64,000 nucleotides of DNA from assembly GCA_010356995.1 (NCBI GenBank), contig ML996703.1, positions 124,001 to 188,000 on the forward strand. The letters are read 5' to 3'. Source of the DNA: Trichodelitschia bisporula. Taxonomy: Eukaryota. Positions 39,871 to 51,382 of this stretch are shown here, in pieces. A program made the translations under genes and the position numbers. Within the stretch, counting starts at the first letter, position 1. The number at the start of each line of letters is the position of its first letter. Below the pieces are notes generated by a model, which saw only the letters and a program-made list of their open reading frames with translations, did no database searches and had not been told where the DNA came from.

Positions 39871-40481
39871 CTCGCCCCGTTCACCCCCCACCACCGTGCA
39901 TCCCAGACTCGCCACACGCCCGCCGAGCAGCCCGAGGCGCCGGTCCGGCTACAGACGCGTGCGACCTGTGCCGTCGGTGCGTACCGCCAGGCCCCGGACT
40001 CGGGAGGACATTACGTTTGAACACCTGAGGGCCGTCTGAAAAAAGCCATGGCCGTCCGGTCCTCCAAAGCACCCAAGCAGGACGGCCACAATTTTTTCAA
40101 GTGACCTTGTCCCTGCTACATCATGTACGCCCGTGTAACGCTCGCCGCTGGAGCGGGACGCATGTACCACAGTACGTCGTTGTACCGCGCCCGCGTGTAA
40201 ACGTGCACAACCCGCCATGCGGGCCCACTGCGGGCGGGATGTTGTGACACTGGAGAATTTACCCGCGGTTGGGACAGGACGCAGTGGGTCGGGATTGCTC
40301 GCATGCTGTACCGGTATATGGACTGGGAGGTGTGTTGAGGACCGCTGGGAGGAGAGTGACAAGCTGTGGAACGTTGGACATGCGCTGTTACCGTTGTGGT
40401 TTTCGTTGAGGTGGCGGGTTGGTGGGGTGATGGGTGGAGGTACTTTGTTTGCGGATGGGAGGGTGGATTGGTTGATGTACG

Positions 40482-40743
40482 GATGTAGACATGAGGCAAG
40501 AGCATTGTGATGTCAGGAAGGAGCCGTAGGAGCATACTTATCTGAGGAAGGGACATGACGTAATGTGCTTATGGCTGAGGGAAGGAGCATCGGAGGAAAT
40601 CGTGTATTTATTTTAGAGAGCCTCTCGACTGTCTTCCTTTCGTCTTTATTACAATCTTCGAATTTCACAGCCGTCTGTCGCACGTGAAGACTCTTGCTCC
40701 CATTGTGGGTGTGGTGTTGAATTTTTGAGATGGTAGATGCTAG
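40482..40743. repeat. Dispersed degenerate element, copy B
   Basis: GATGTAGACATGA..GAGCATTG..ATGTCAGGAAGGAGC..GTGTATTTA..CAATCTTC..TGTCGCACGTGA shared with copy C; TGGTGTTG..TTTTTG..GATGCTAG shared with copy A. Confidence 0.78.
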
Positions 40744-41094
40744 AACTAGCCTTGCGTTCATTTGGTGGTGAGGCTGAGAGTGGAACTTCACTTAAAATGT
40801 CACACAAACCACTCGAAGCACAAGGTTAACGCATAGTTACTGGTAGTGCAGAAGCACAACGCTAGATCCTAGGTACACGTAATTGACTTAGAAACCTGAG
40901 ATCAAGCATCTACCGTTCATGGTCCAGAGCGCCCAATACAGAGCATCCGGGTTTCAACCCAGCGTAAGCCAAGTCAAAAGACTCCCACAAACAGTACCTG
41001 CATAACCAGTTTAGAGACACAGTAGCCCAATCCCTACAAGCCAAAGCTCGTCAAGATCGTCTGCCACTGCTTCGCAAGACTCCGTCGTGATCAC

Positions 41095-44000
41095 CTACTT
41101 CTTCCCTTTGCCTTTGCCACCGTTGACGATGGCATCGTTCGAAGCCGTGGAGTCCTTCGACTCCTTCTTGTCCTTAGCGTTTTTCTTGCCCTTCTTGTTC
41201 TTAGAGTCCTTATAGTCCTCCGAGTCCTTCTCACCCTTCCTACCGAAAAGCCCCTTGATCCACCCCTTGAACCCCTTGTCACCCTTCTCGCGCTCCTGCG
41301 CCTCCCGGATGCGCCGAACGGCATCACCCCCAACCGCAATCGGCTTGTCAGCCGGCCGCACAATGGAAGGCTGCGACAAGCTGCTCCAGTCATGACGAAC
41401 ACCCATAAGCGGATGATAAAAGTGCGGCATCGACTGCGATGGCTGCAGCGTCTGCTGACCACCAGGCAACTGCACCGGAAAGCGCCGACCAGCCGCATCC
41501 GCCTGCCCAGCAAGAATGTGCGCCGGAAGACCCGGAACCGGAGGCATCGACGACTCACGATTCGGCGCGGCAGGGCTGCCGGGACGAGTGGGAAGCGCCT
41601 TCATCAGCGATGCCGGCGACGGGCGGATAGGCGATTCATACTGCTTGCGCAGACCGGTGGGACGCGAAGGCGTGTCCGGCGACGCACCTAGCGACGGCGC
41701 GTTGAAGAGCATGGGCATCGAGTGCGCGGCCACCATGTGATGAGGCGTAGGACCCGGGGCACGAGCCGGAGGCGTACGGTTCGTGCGGTGAATCAGCTCT
41801 TGCATAGCACGCTCGGAGCCCTTGAGAGGAGAATGCTCGATAGGCGGACCCGCGGCGCCGAGAGTATCCGCATCGGCCATCATGTGGCGGCGGTAGTTGC
41901 GCATCATGTACTCACCACGGTCTTCATTTGATGTGGCACCCGGGTTGGGAAACTTGAGCTTCGACAATGCGGCTTGGTCGTAGAGCCACTGGCGGTCGTA
42001 CTTCGAAGCGGAGTATTCCTGGATCGGGATGCGCTCGTGGTACTGGCCGGGTCCGTTGGATGGCATCTGCTCGCGCGGCTGGAACATCTCATGGTCGGGC
42101 TTAGGCGGCATCGCGAAGTGGGGCTTGCGCGAAGGCTTGGGATGCGCCTGACGGTTGCGTTCAAACCACTCTCGATTCTCGCGCTCCTGGTCTGTCTCAC
42201 CCTTGTGCTCATTCGACTCAGGAGAGCGGTACGGGAAGCCCGTAATGAAGTCTGACATCGGCATGGGAGCCGTCTGCTGCAGATTGTAGATCCGGTCGAA
42301 GTCCGGAGGAGCAACGGCCGTCTCCCGCAAGAACGAAGGCACAATCTGGTCGTAGTCGCGAGGAGGGCCTGTACGCTTGACCCGAATGCTACCCGCAACC
42401 GTGGTCTGCTGGCTCGGACCAGCAGTGGCAGTCATACCCCGACTAGGCCCAGCAACCGTAGCCGTCGAGTGGACATTCGCGAAGTCGGGAGGGATACCAG
42501 AGGCATCACGGATCTCCTGCGGAATGGCGTTCCAAAGCTCGGACGCGGTACCGGTAGCATCATGGGGTTGATCCGGTGAATGATTCCAGCGGTTAAGGAA
42601 GTCCTGCACTTTAGCAGAATTGACCGGCTGCGGGTGATAGATCCGCTCGAAGTCAGGAGGATGGACGGCCGAGTTACGAAGGAACGACGGCACAATCTCG
42701 TCGTAATCGCGAGGCCGAAGGTTCTGCGCGGTCTGGCAAGGACTGGCGGCCGAGGTCGACGAGGGGATGTCCTTAAACCCGGGCGGGATGCCATGTGGAC
42801 CACGCGCCGGGTTCAGAGTAACGTTCTCAAACCCAGGCGGAACGGCAGGTGTCTTACGCACCGGATCGTCAAGCACATTTTCAAAGCCGGGCGGAACGGC
42901 ATGTGGATCGGGATACTTCTGGGGCGAGACATATGGCGGCCAACCAGTCATGAAATCTGACATCGTGGGAGGATCCGGCAGCGGCGCATAGCGCCGGCCA
43001 ATGTCTGGAGAAGCGGGAATGGCGTTCTCATTGTAGTAGTAAGGACGAAGGTCGTGCGCGCTCTGGCTGGGACCGGCGACCGTGGCCGTGTAGCTAGGAC
43101 CAACGACAGTAGCCGTCTTGGTAGACTCGGCAGCCGTAGCCGTCTGACCAGGACCCACAGCCGCAGTCGCCTGAGTAGGCTCGGCAGCCATAGCTACGAG
43201 TATCTCGCCAGGCTCGGGAAACGCAATTGTCTTATCAGCCTCAGTAGCAGTATTCTTCTTCGACTTCGAGAAGATGTTCTTAAACAAATGCGGAATGCCC
43301 GACCCATCCCTCGCGGGCTGCGGCACGATATTCTCCAATCCAGGCGGGACGTGAGGAGCCGGGCGGGGCAGCAGAACGCTGGACCGATACTCGCCCCACG
43401 GGTAGATGGGCGTGGGACTAGGGACATTGCGCTCGAAGTCGGGGTAGCCCTCCGGCGAACCCGGGAATGGGATGTCGAAGTCGTCGAAGGACGGCGTTGA
43501 AGACTGGTCGTCGTTGTTGGCTGTCCCCTCGAGGTTGTCGGCGTTTTCTGGAGCTTGAGTATTGTCCTGGGGACCGGGCGCGATCGCGGGGATGGTATGA
43601 TTGGCAGGAGCGCTGTTGATAGGAACCGAAGCGCAATTATCGGACCGAGCAGCTGTGCCTGCGGCACCGAGGATGTAAGCCGACTTGCCGAGATCACTGT
43701 TGGATGCAAGAGAGCTGCCAGCCTGGCCGTCGTGGCTGCCGCCGCGGCCCTGGCGGATCAAGGAACGAAGGTAGTTGCGACGCTGATTCGGAGAGTCGAA
43801 CAAGCGGTCGTTCTCATAGACAGGTGCCTTTCCCTTCTTGTAACGCTGATTCGGAGTTCCGAGCAAGTAGTCGTCGGTTTCGTAGACAGGCGCTTTGCCC
43901 TTCTTGTCGACGCGCTTGTCATGCTTGATGTCCGTCTCGTCAGGAAGGTTCATCGCGGCGTCGTTGTCGGTCAACTCGCCCATCTTCTTGAGCTCAGGCA

Positions 44001-44730
44001 GAACCTGCGCTTCAGTCTTGCCCTCCAGAGCAGCGGCAGCTGCCTGGATAGAAGCGCCAACTTCAGCGTCCATCTCAGCATCTTGCCAGTGAAAGCCATC
44101 AAGCGGCGCGGTGCCTTCGAGATACATGGTGGCGTGACGACGAGCACGCTTGATAGCCTTGGCTTCCTCTTCAGCCTTTCTAGCCGTTTGAGCCTCCAGC
44201 TCCTCTTCGACCTTCTTATTCTGTTCATTTATCTCCTTCATCAGACGAGCATTGTCGGCCTTCACCACACCTCCCAGTTCAACCATTTTTCCAGACTCAT
44301 GCTGACGCGCCTTCTGCACATCCGCCAGGTCCGCAAGCCACTGGGTACGCGGTGATGGAACATATGCCTCGCTCCCGTCCTGAAGGCCTTGCTTCTGCGT
44401 CTCCTTAGACTGACGCAACTCCTTGCTGGCCTTGGCCAAGAGCGCAGGCGCCGGAACAGGAGGAGGGAGATTGTTCCGCGTGCGATAGATATTCATCCGC
44501 GAGTAGTACTCGCGACGAGACATGTGCCCCTCACGCGCCGAGCGGGGAGCAGACAGAGGAGACGAGCCCGGGAACGCCCCCTCCACATCGCGCTGCGAGG
44601 GACGCGGGCGGGGCAGCGGGGAGGGGGAACCAGGCAAGGCCGGCGAGTTCCCGGTTTCGATAACGTTATACTTCTGGACCGTGGACAGGTTGTTGCCTTT
44701 GATGGGCAGCTTGTTACCTTGGATGGGCAA
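41095..44730 (-). CDS. Large low-complexity orphan protein with internal repeats (~1200 aa; 5' end uncertain)
   Basis: 3.6 kb uninterrupted ORF with coding-like codon use, a coiled-coil-like segment, repeated PPG[F/L] and PPDF motifs, and a Lys-rich C-terminus. The track start is TTG; a possible acceptor (TTAAC..TAG) lies at about 44759. Confidence 0.8.
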   Translation of the reverse strand: MPIQGNKLPIKGNNLSTVQKYNVIETGNSPALPGSPSPLPRPRPSQRDVEGAFPGSSPLSAPRSAREGHMSRREYYSRMNIYRTRNNLPPPVPAPALLAKASKELRQSKETQKQGLQDGSEAYVPSPRTQWLADLADVQKARQHESGKMVELGGVVKADNARLMKEINEQNKKVEEELEAQTARKAEEEAKAIKRARRHATMYLEGTAPLDGFHWQDAEMDAEVGASIQAAAAALEGKTEAQVLPELKKMGELTDNDAAMNLPDETDIKHDKRVDKKGKAPVYETDDYLLGTPNQRYKKGKAPVYENDRLFDSPNQRRNYLRSLIRQGRGGSHDGQAGSSLASNSDLGKSAYILGAAGTAARSDNCASVPINSAPANHTIPAIAPGPQDNTQAPENADNLEGTANNDDQSSTPSFDDFDIPFPGSPEGYPDFERNVPSPTPIYPWGEYRSSVLLPRPAPHVPPGLENIVPQPARDGSGIPHLFKNIFSKSKKNTATEADKTIAFPEPGEILVAMAAEPTQATAAVGPGQTATAAESTKTATVVGPSYTATVAGPSQSAHDLRPYYYNENAIPASPDIGRRYAPLPDPPTMSDFMTGWPPYVSPQKYPDPHAVPPGFENVLDDPVRKTPAVPPGFENVTLNPARGPHGIPPGFKDIPSSTSAASPCQTAQNLRPRDYDEIVPSFLRNSAVHPPDFERIYHPQPVNSAKVQDFLNRWNHSPDQPHDATGTASELWNAIPQEIRDASGIPPDFANVHSTATVAGPSRGMTATAGPSQQTTVAGSIRVKRTGPPRDYDQIVPSFLRETAVAPPDFDRIYNLQQTAPMPMSDFITGFPYRSPESNEHKGETDQERENREWFERNRQAHPKPSRKPHFAMPPKPDHEMFQPREQMPSNGPGQYHERIPIQEYSASKYDRQWLYDQAALSKLKFPNPGATSNEDRGEYMMRNYRRHMMADADTLGAAGPPIEHSPLKGSERAMQELIHRTNRTPPARAPGPTPHHMVAAHSMPMLFNAPSLGASPDTPSRPTGLRKQYESPIRPSPASLMKALPTRPGSPAAPNRESSMPPVPGLPAHILAGQADAAGRRFPVQLPGGQQTLQPSQSMPHFYHPLMGVRHDWSSLSQPSIVRPADKPIAVGGDAVRRIREAQEREKGDKGFKGWIKGLFGRKGEKDSEDYKDSKNKKGKKNAKDKKESKDSTASNDAIVNGGKGKGKK

Positions 44731-45322
44731 CCTCTTGATGGCGCTTCCAGCTTTGATCCTAGAAGATGTTAACTTTCGATTCTGAAAACGTGCATTGCCC
44801 TCTCTTGTTAGAGTTGGGGCTGCATAGAAAGTGAAGGCAGAGTGATGGTGGAGAGGTGGGGGCTAGTATCACGGACTCCGGGCATATGGGCAGTGGAAGG
44901 GCAGTGATGTGTCGAGAAGCATCGGCTGGGGTGAACTAGCCGGATCGATCACAGACCAAGATGTACGAAAATAGGTAAACCTCTCAAGTTATATCTACCG
45001 TGTAGACATAGAACCAAGCGAAAGTGCATCCTAAGAAAACCACGCCAAGTATGCTTACTCGTAATCAGGAATTGGGTTCCAGTTGGGAGGAAGCCGATTG
45101 ACCCACTCAGGGACACAGTCAGCATCGACAGGCTCGGACATGATCTCATGGCTCTTAAGAGCATTGCGCGGACTGACGGACGTTAGTATTATGACCAGCA
45201 AGATATTTGTGAATGTCCGGATATCATCAGCGCAAAAGACGGGATGCGCAGCGCAGAGCCCAAAAAGAAAAACCAAAACGAGCTACGCCGAAGCGCGCCC
45301 GAAGCCCAAAAGCCTCTTCAAC

Positions 45323-47584
45323 TCACTCATCCTCATCGAAGATCTGAAGCGCGTTCAGCAGAACAGTCTCCAGAACACGCGGCTGCAAGGACGCCTCCTC
45401 GACGGGACCACCATGCGTGCCCATGACGCTAGGACTGTATATGTCAGCGATGAGCTACCGTGAGACCTGACGAGTTAGACTTACGCAAGGACGACTGCAA
45501 GGTTGGTGGCACTCATGCGATTTTTATCCTCGTGGTCGACCACACGGCGAAGATGAAGCACCAAAGCACGCAGAGTGGCGTAGTGCGAGTCCGGAAGCTC
45601 GTTGATCACGGCATGGACCGAGTCGCGACGAATGATGGGATCCGGCACACCTGATATCATTAGCGACAAATTTGTTTGCTTGGAAAAACTTACGAGCTGC
45701 GTCGATAAGAGCGCGATAAGCCCGATTGGTGAACAGCGGGTCCGGAAGCTGACGAAGGAATTCCTTCAACAGACCAACCGGGTTGTTGACGTCATGGTTG
45801 AAATCCTCCGGATTGCGGAAATCGACTTGAACATTGTCTGTATCAAACTTCTCGCGAAGCGCCTTGATGTGCGACGCGTTCCCGTTGAGGCGATAGATAC
45901 CTTCGGTATCAAGCCCAAACGTGTCAACGGCGAGAAGGCACTGGTGGACGAGCACAGGGACTGGAAGCTTGTCGCGCTCGAAGAGCTCCTCGAGAGACAA
46001 CCCGAAAACGCGGTTTCCCATCGAGTCGGGGCGCCCCGGTGGAGCCATCGTGCCAGCCATCGCGTACTGAGGGTTGGCGTATGGAGCGGGGTTCGTAGAG
46101 TTTGCAGTGTAGTTTGCAGGCTGCAGACTGGGGGGGGGATCGTACGGGGAGCGCTGTGGTTGTAAATCACCAGGAGCGCGGTACGAAGCAGGTGGGTAAG
46201 GTTGCGAATGAGAGGGATGTTGGTAAGTCGGCTGCTGAGGAGGATTGTAGTAAGTCGGCTGCTGAGCAGGGGCTGCCTGTGCCGGGCCGTGCGGTTGCTG
46301 GTACGGGTCCTTGGCAGGGACTAGAGGCTGCGAGGCACCCGATTGGCCGTACCTGGGAGCCGATTGTCCATACCCGGAAGCCGTTTGTTGCGGCAGTTGC
46401 GAGGGTGGCGCCTGCTGCGGAGCGAGTGTCTTGCACAAATGAGTATTGAGCCAAGCACAGAAGTGGAAGGGACGACTCACAGGATGCTGTTCGAAAACGA
46501 CGTTTTCGTGCTTCTTTGGCAGCTTGCCCAATGACTGCTTGATGGAGTCACGCAAGTCGGCGGCATTATCAATGCCAGAAATGAGCTCGCCCAGGCCTGG
46601 CTGAGGCTTGCCCGGACCGTCGTTTAATGGAAGTACGAGAACGCCTTTGCCGAGAACTAACTTCTCCAGAAAAACAGCTACGAAATTAACATCATCCTGT
46701 ACGCGCTGGAGGCGCAACCCACCATATTTCTGCCAGCTCATCGTCAAGCCGGAGTCACACTCCTGGATGAGATTCTGCAGAGAAGAGATGACCTGAGGCC
46801 GCACAGTGTCTTCCAACTCCTTGCGGATCTGCTGAGCTGCCTGGACCTTTGACTTGTAGTCCACTTCGGCAGCCTGGACTTTACCCTGGAGCACCTGTTC
46901 GTGCTGAGCGCCAGACTTGGGACCCTTGAGCCCGAAGTGACGGCCAGCTGTCTTGTCACCAGTTTTGACACGAGCATACTCCTCTGCGAGCGAGTCGTAC
47001 TTGGACTTGGCCTTGCGCAACTGGGCTTCGGCCTCCGCCGACTTCGCTTCGGCTGAGATGCCGAGTGATTTCCAGTGCTTCCGCCCCTTCTCCATATCGG
47101 CCGCAAGGGCGTTCAAGTCATCATGAACCTGGAAGACGTTAAGGGAGAACTGCGTTTCATGGTCGGTCATCCTGTCGTGCAAGACGGCGATTTGCTCGAG
47201 AGCGGTACGGTAGGTCCCCTGCCGCGAGTCGCCGCGATGGACACTGTCAGTCATGGACTTGATGAGCCGCCGACATTCGCGTGCCTCATCATCAGAGATA
47301 TTAGAGCGCTTCTTCATGAACGTCGAAGCGTCCTTGGCCGTCGCAATACTCTGCTTCAGACGGTTGAGCAGGGTAGTGATTCCGATCTGAAATCGTTAGC
47401 GCATTGCAATCGGTCTATGTATACAACCCACGTCTGAGTAGAGAACTTCATCGACTGTCTTTTGCGCAGCATTATCGGTCGGGTCAGTCGTGGTGGGCTG
47501 CGGCGCAGAGGGAACCGGCGCCTCGACAGGCTGTGCAACGGCACCAGAAGGCTGGCCGCCGACCGCCGCACTCGGTTCCTGCAT
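45323..47584 (-). CDS. RGD1: F-BAR plus RhoGAP protein (Rgd1-like)
   Basis: N-terminal helical F-BAR (DEVLYSD..FMKKRS), Pro/Gln linker, RhoGAP VFGLSLEEL, EGIYRLNG, LLKEFLRQLPDPL, NRMSATNLAVV. Ends ALQIFDEDE*. About five introns. Confidence 0.9.
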
Positions 47585-48285
47585 CGTGTTTATATCACGA
47601 TGAGTAGAGGTCAAGGTTGAAGAGTAGGGTGGGGGTGAATGAATTGGTAGAACAGGATTGGGAATGGGAGATGTTTGTGAGAGTGAGTGAGGATGTAGAG
47701 GTTTGGGAGGTTGAGAGTGAGAGGGCGGCGCATAAGTGGTTGACGACAGCGCGTCGGCCTGTGCACCGCCACCGGCGGCATCGCGCACAGTCGCAGACTG
47801 AGCTTGGGGCAAGCCTCTCCCGGCGCGTGCCAAGACCCCGCCTTTTACGTCTCGAAGGAAGGTGAGGCGATGCATCTTCGACTTTGTTCGGGGAAATCGT
47901 TGAGTCTTGTCTTTGAAGGCCATCGGATCTGAACGTTGCGGATCTTGTGTGTCGTGTTCCTCTCTCGTCCAGTGTCCACCTCTCAGTTCGTCTCTCAAAC
48001 CCTCTTCCCTCCCCCCTCCCCTTCCTCCGCTGCTCTTGCCTTGCCACGCTCTGTCGTCTGATAAGCGGAGTCGCGCATTCCTTCTCACGGCAGTAGCATT
48101 GCAGCACCACCGAGTCTCCTGTCTAACGCGCCCGTTTGTTTGTGCTAGGTTTGTGGAGATTGCCTGTCTCCAACTCTCAACACTACCAAACACCAATCTC
48201 CATCCGAAAGACTCTACCATAATATCACCGGCAAAAGCTTTTGGCACTTTGTTTCGTTTCCTCCATACCCCAACCACGCTCTACC

Positions 48286-48992
48286 ATGCCGGGAAGCAAC
48301 GCCACTCAAGCCGTCGCACCGACTCTCCCCTCAGAGGTCGTGACGTGCCTCGAAAATGGGCGCTTCGTCAGTCTATCTACCGACGCGACACCCACTGCTA
48401 ACCTGCGATGAAGCTCCACCTCGCCACCTCGCACAATGATACCCCGCACGTCACCCTCATGAAGTACACGTACCTTCCGAGCTCGCCCTTCTTCAACTCT
48501 CCCACAATCATCATGACCACATCCACATCCTCTCGTAAGGCCTTCAACCTCTTTTCCAACCCGCGCGTGGCCCTGTTGGTGCACGACTGGATCTCACACC
48601 GCCCTCCCACACTTTCTACGTCCCCGCCCGGTAGCAATGCCGCCGAGCCGCAGGGCGTGCGGTCCAGCATGGCAGCGCTCCTCATGGGCATGAACTCGGC
48701 CTCCCTCTCACGCATCTCCGTCTCGATGAACGGCACAGCCAAGATACTCGAGCCTGGCAGCGAAGAGGAGGCATGGTGCAAGGAGCAGCACCGGGAGAAC
48801 AACAAGTTTGGCGACTCGACGAGCTTTGACCCGTTCGGCGGCGTTGTTGGTGAGTGCGGTGACGAGAGCTACATTGAGGGCGAGGAGGTTCAGGTTGTGA
48901 CGGTGGAGATCATGGACGGCCGCATCTCAGATGTCCGCGGCGGCGTCAAGGACTGGGTGGTGGGACCTGCAGTCAATGGCGCTCACGCATGA
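48286..48992 (+). CDS. Pyridoxamine 5'-phosphate oxidase-like FMN-binding protein (YGR017W-like)
   Basis: LPSEVVTCLENGRF|LHLATS (intron about 48367-48413), PHVTLMKYTY, NPRVALLVHDW, GRISDVRGGVKDW. Confidence 0.88.
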
Positions 48993-50251
48993 AGTTGTCA
49001 TGATGGTCTCTGAGGACCACGTGCTTCACGTGACGTGCTCGGACATACTCCACCGCACGACAATGGATTCTGTCCCTTATGGACTGAACCGTTTGAGCTT
49101 GACATTAAGCTTATGCCTCGGTAGATCAAGGGGTGAGTCAGCTTCCGTTAGTTGTGAAAACTGCCACAGCTAGCGGTGTACAACGTATTTCCATTCTGCG
49201 AATGCATTCTACATCCGTAGTTACCACAGTACTCAATGACTTGCCACCCAATTTATGCTGCATATTGGTGACATCAGACAGAAGCCTTGAGGCAATTTCA
49301 GAGGGCGTTGAACCTCGGCAGCCGTGACAGCTGAGCCTCCGGTGGCATGTTGGCTTCCGGAAAGAGACTGTCCTGCTTCCTGTTGAACCAGGCGCTAAAG
49401 GGAATGCTTCCGACAACGATAACCATTGGATGGCAACTCCCCTCAGGGCGCAGTCAAGGGACAATTGGGTTAGGACACCGGCCGCCTTGATTCCACGTTG
49501 CTTGGAGCCTTGTTCAGCACGGAGCACGACAGCCCTCTTTCACGGACCGGAGAGCCAAAGGTTCGCCGCAAGCTATTGTGGAATGACGCCGGAGCGATGA
49601 CGCCTTTGCGGAGAGCAATTTGAACATGGGACAACAGCACAGGGCACGCGGGGTTTCTTGAGGTCTTGGCCAACATCATGCAAATGAAAGTGGCTTGGTC
49701 CGGTTCCCCAGCCCCAGGCGCTGACATCATCGCTATGGAAGTGGGATGTGGCGCAGCAGCGTGACCCCGCAAAAATGGGTGGTCCCTTGCAGATCAGGCC
49801 CAAAGCTTGTCGCAGCCTTCACGATGATCCTTGCTGAATCGGGAATTCTTCAAGAAGATCGAGAGTCGTTTTCCTCCCCAGGGGAAATGTGGCAGTGGCT
49901 ACGGGCAGGGCTGACCAGTCTGGATTGCAGCTATGACGCCCTTCTCCTCACCTCCTTTCGTCCCCACTCCAATTGCTTCACCAATGCCCAAGGCCCTATC
50001 CCTTTACAGCCCAATTCCGAAACCCCGTGTTGTTGCTCCATGGCCCGCCACCCTTGTCACTGCTTGCGCAAACAGTTTCCTTGGTTGTACCACAAACGCC
50101 TGGAGAAGGCGGGGTGATCCGGTGTTCCAGCCTCCTCTCTCTTCACCGTGAGGCTAGAGCACCCGGGTCGGAGTGAAGGCACCTTCTTTGCTTGTGACCC
50201 GTGTGACGTAATTCCTTCCATCCATTGCCCCCTCAGTGAAGCTAAAGAAGG

Positions 50252-50259
50252 TATAAATA
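50252..50259 (+). promoter_or_regulatory. TATA box (TATAAATA) of dehydrin-like gene; STRE-like CCCCT just upstream (~50229)
   Basis: Canonical TATA about 147 bp upstream of ATG 50399, followed by a CT/CA-rich leader. Confidence 0.6.
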
Positions 50260-50398
50260 ACCCGTTGATTCCTCCCTATCTTCTCTTCTTCATCACAGCA
50301 CTTCATCACAACTGCTATCTACACTTGAACCTCACAATTTCCACACCAAGCTTCTCTACACTCCAACTACTCCAACAACCTAAACCAAATCACCCAAC

Positions 50399-51382
50399 AT
50401 GTCTGGAATCAAAGCCAAGGTTGAGCAGGTCGTCGACAAGGTGCTCCACCCGGGTCAGCATTCGGATACCCACACCACTGGCACTCACGGCACCACCACT
50501 CATGCTGCTGGCTCTCACGGCACCGCTCACACTGCTGGCACTCATGGCACTCATGGCACTCATGGCACTCATGGTATGTTGCATACTACAACACCGACTG
50601 AGCATTTCGCTAACTTGACAGGTACCACGGGCACTGGCATAGGTGGGTCTAACAACACTGCTGGCCCCCACCGTTCCGACCTCGCCAACAAGGCCGATCC
50701 CCGTGTCGACTCTGACATGGACGGCTCTCGCAACGCCGGTGCTTCCAGCTACGGCCCTGGCGCTCACAACACCTCGACTGGCACGTCCGCTGGCTATGGC
50801 GCTGGCTCCAACAACGCCGGCCCCCACAGCTCCAGCCTTGCCAACAAGCTTGACCCCCGCGTGGACTCTGATATGGATGGCTCTCGCAACGCCGGTGCTT
50901 CCACGTATGGTCCCGGTGCCCACAACACCTCGACTGGCACGTCCGCTGGCTATGGTGCTAGCTCCAACACCGCTGGTCCCCATGACTCGAATATCGCCAA
51001 CAAGCTCGACCCGCGTGTCGACTCGGACCGCGACGGCTCTCGCAACGCTGGTGCCGCGGCCTATGGCCCCGGCGGCCACCAAACTGCTGGCGGCTACGGC
51101 ACCACCGGCTACACCGGCACCCACACCGGCCCGCACGACTCCAACATTGCCAACCGCATGGACCCGATGGTCGACTCTGACCGCGACGGTTCGCGCAACG
51201 CTGGTGCCTCGGCTTACGGCCCCGGCGGTCACAACACTGCTGGCGGCTACGGCACCACTGGTTACTCTGGTAACCAGAACGCTGGTCCTCACGATTCCAA
51301 GCTGGCCAACAAGCTGGATCCGCGTGTGGACAGCGACCGTGACGGCTCCTCCCGGGTCGGCGGTCCGAACACGACCTACTAG
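50399..51382 (+). CDS. Fungal dehydrin-like (DPR-repeat) stress protein
   Basis: Five repeats of GPH.S..ANK/R.DP(R/M)VDSD.DG, Gly/Thr/His-rich. In-frame intron about 50574-50621 (GTATGT..GCTAAC..CAG). Confidence 0.9.
   Translation: MSGIKAKVEQVVDKVLHPGQHSDTHTTGTHGTTTHAAGSHGTAHTAGTHGTHGTHGTHGMLHTTTPTEHFANLTGTTGTGIGGSNNTAGPHRSDLANKADPRVDSDMDGSRNAGASSYGPGAHNTSTGTSAGYGAGSNNAGPHSSSLANKLDPRVDSDMDGSRNAGASTYGPGAHNTSTGTSAGYGASSNTAGPHDSNIANKLDPRVDSDRDGSRNAGAAAYGPGGHQTAGGYGTTGYTGTHTGPHDSNIANRMDPMVDSDRDGSRNAGASAYGPGGHNTAGGYGTTGYSGNQNAGPHDSKLANKLDPRVDSDRDGSSRVGGPNTTY

Noticed and set aside
50660..51350. Regularly spaced ~120 bp repeats superficially like an array
   Set aside because: These are coding repeats of the DPR dehydrin; eukaryotic context with no cas genes.
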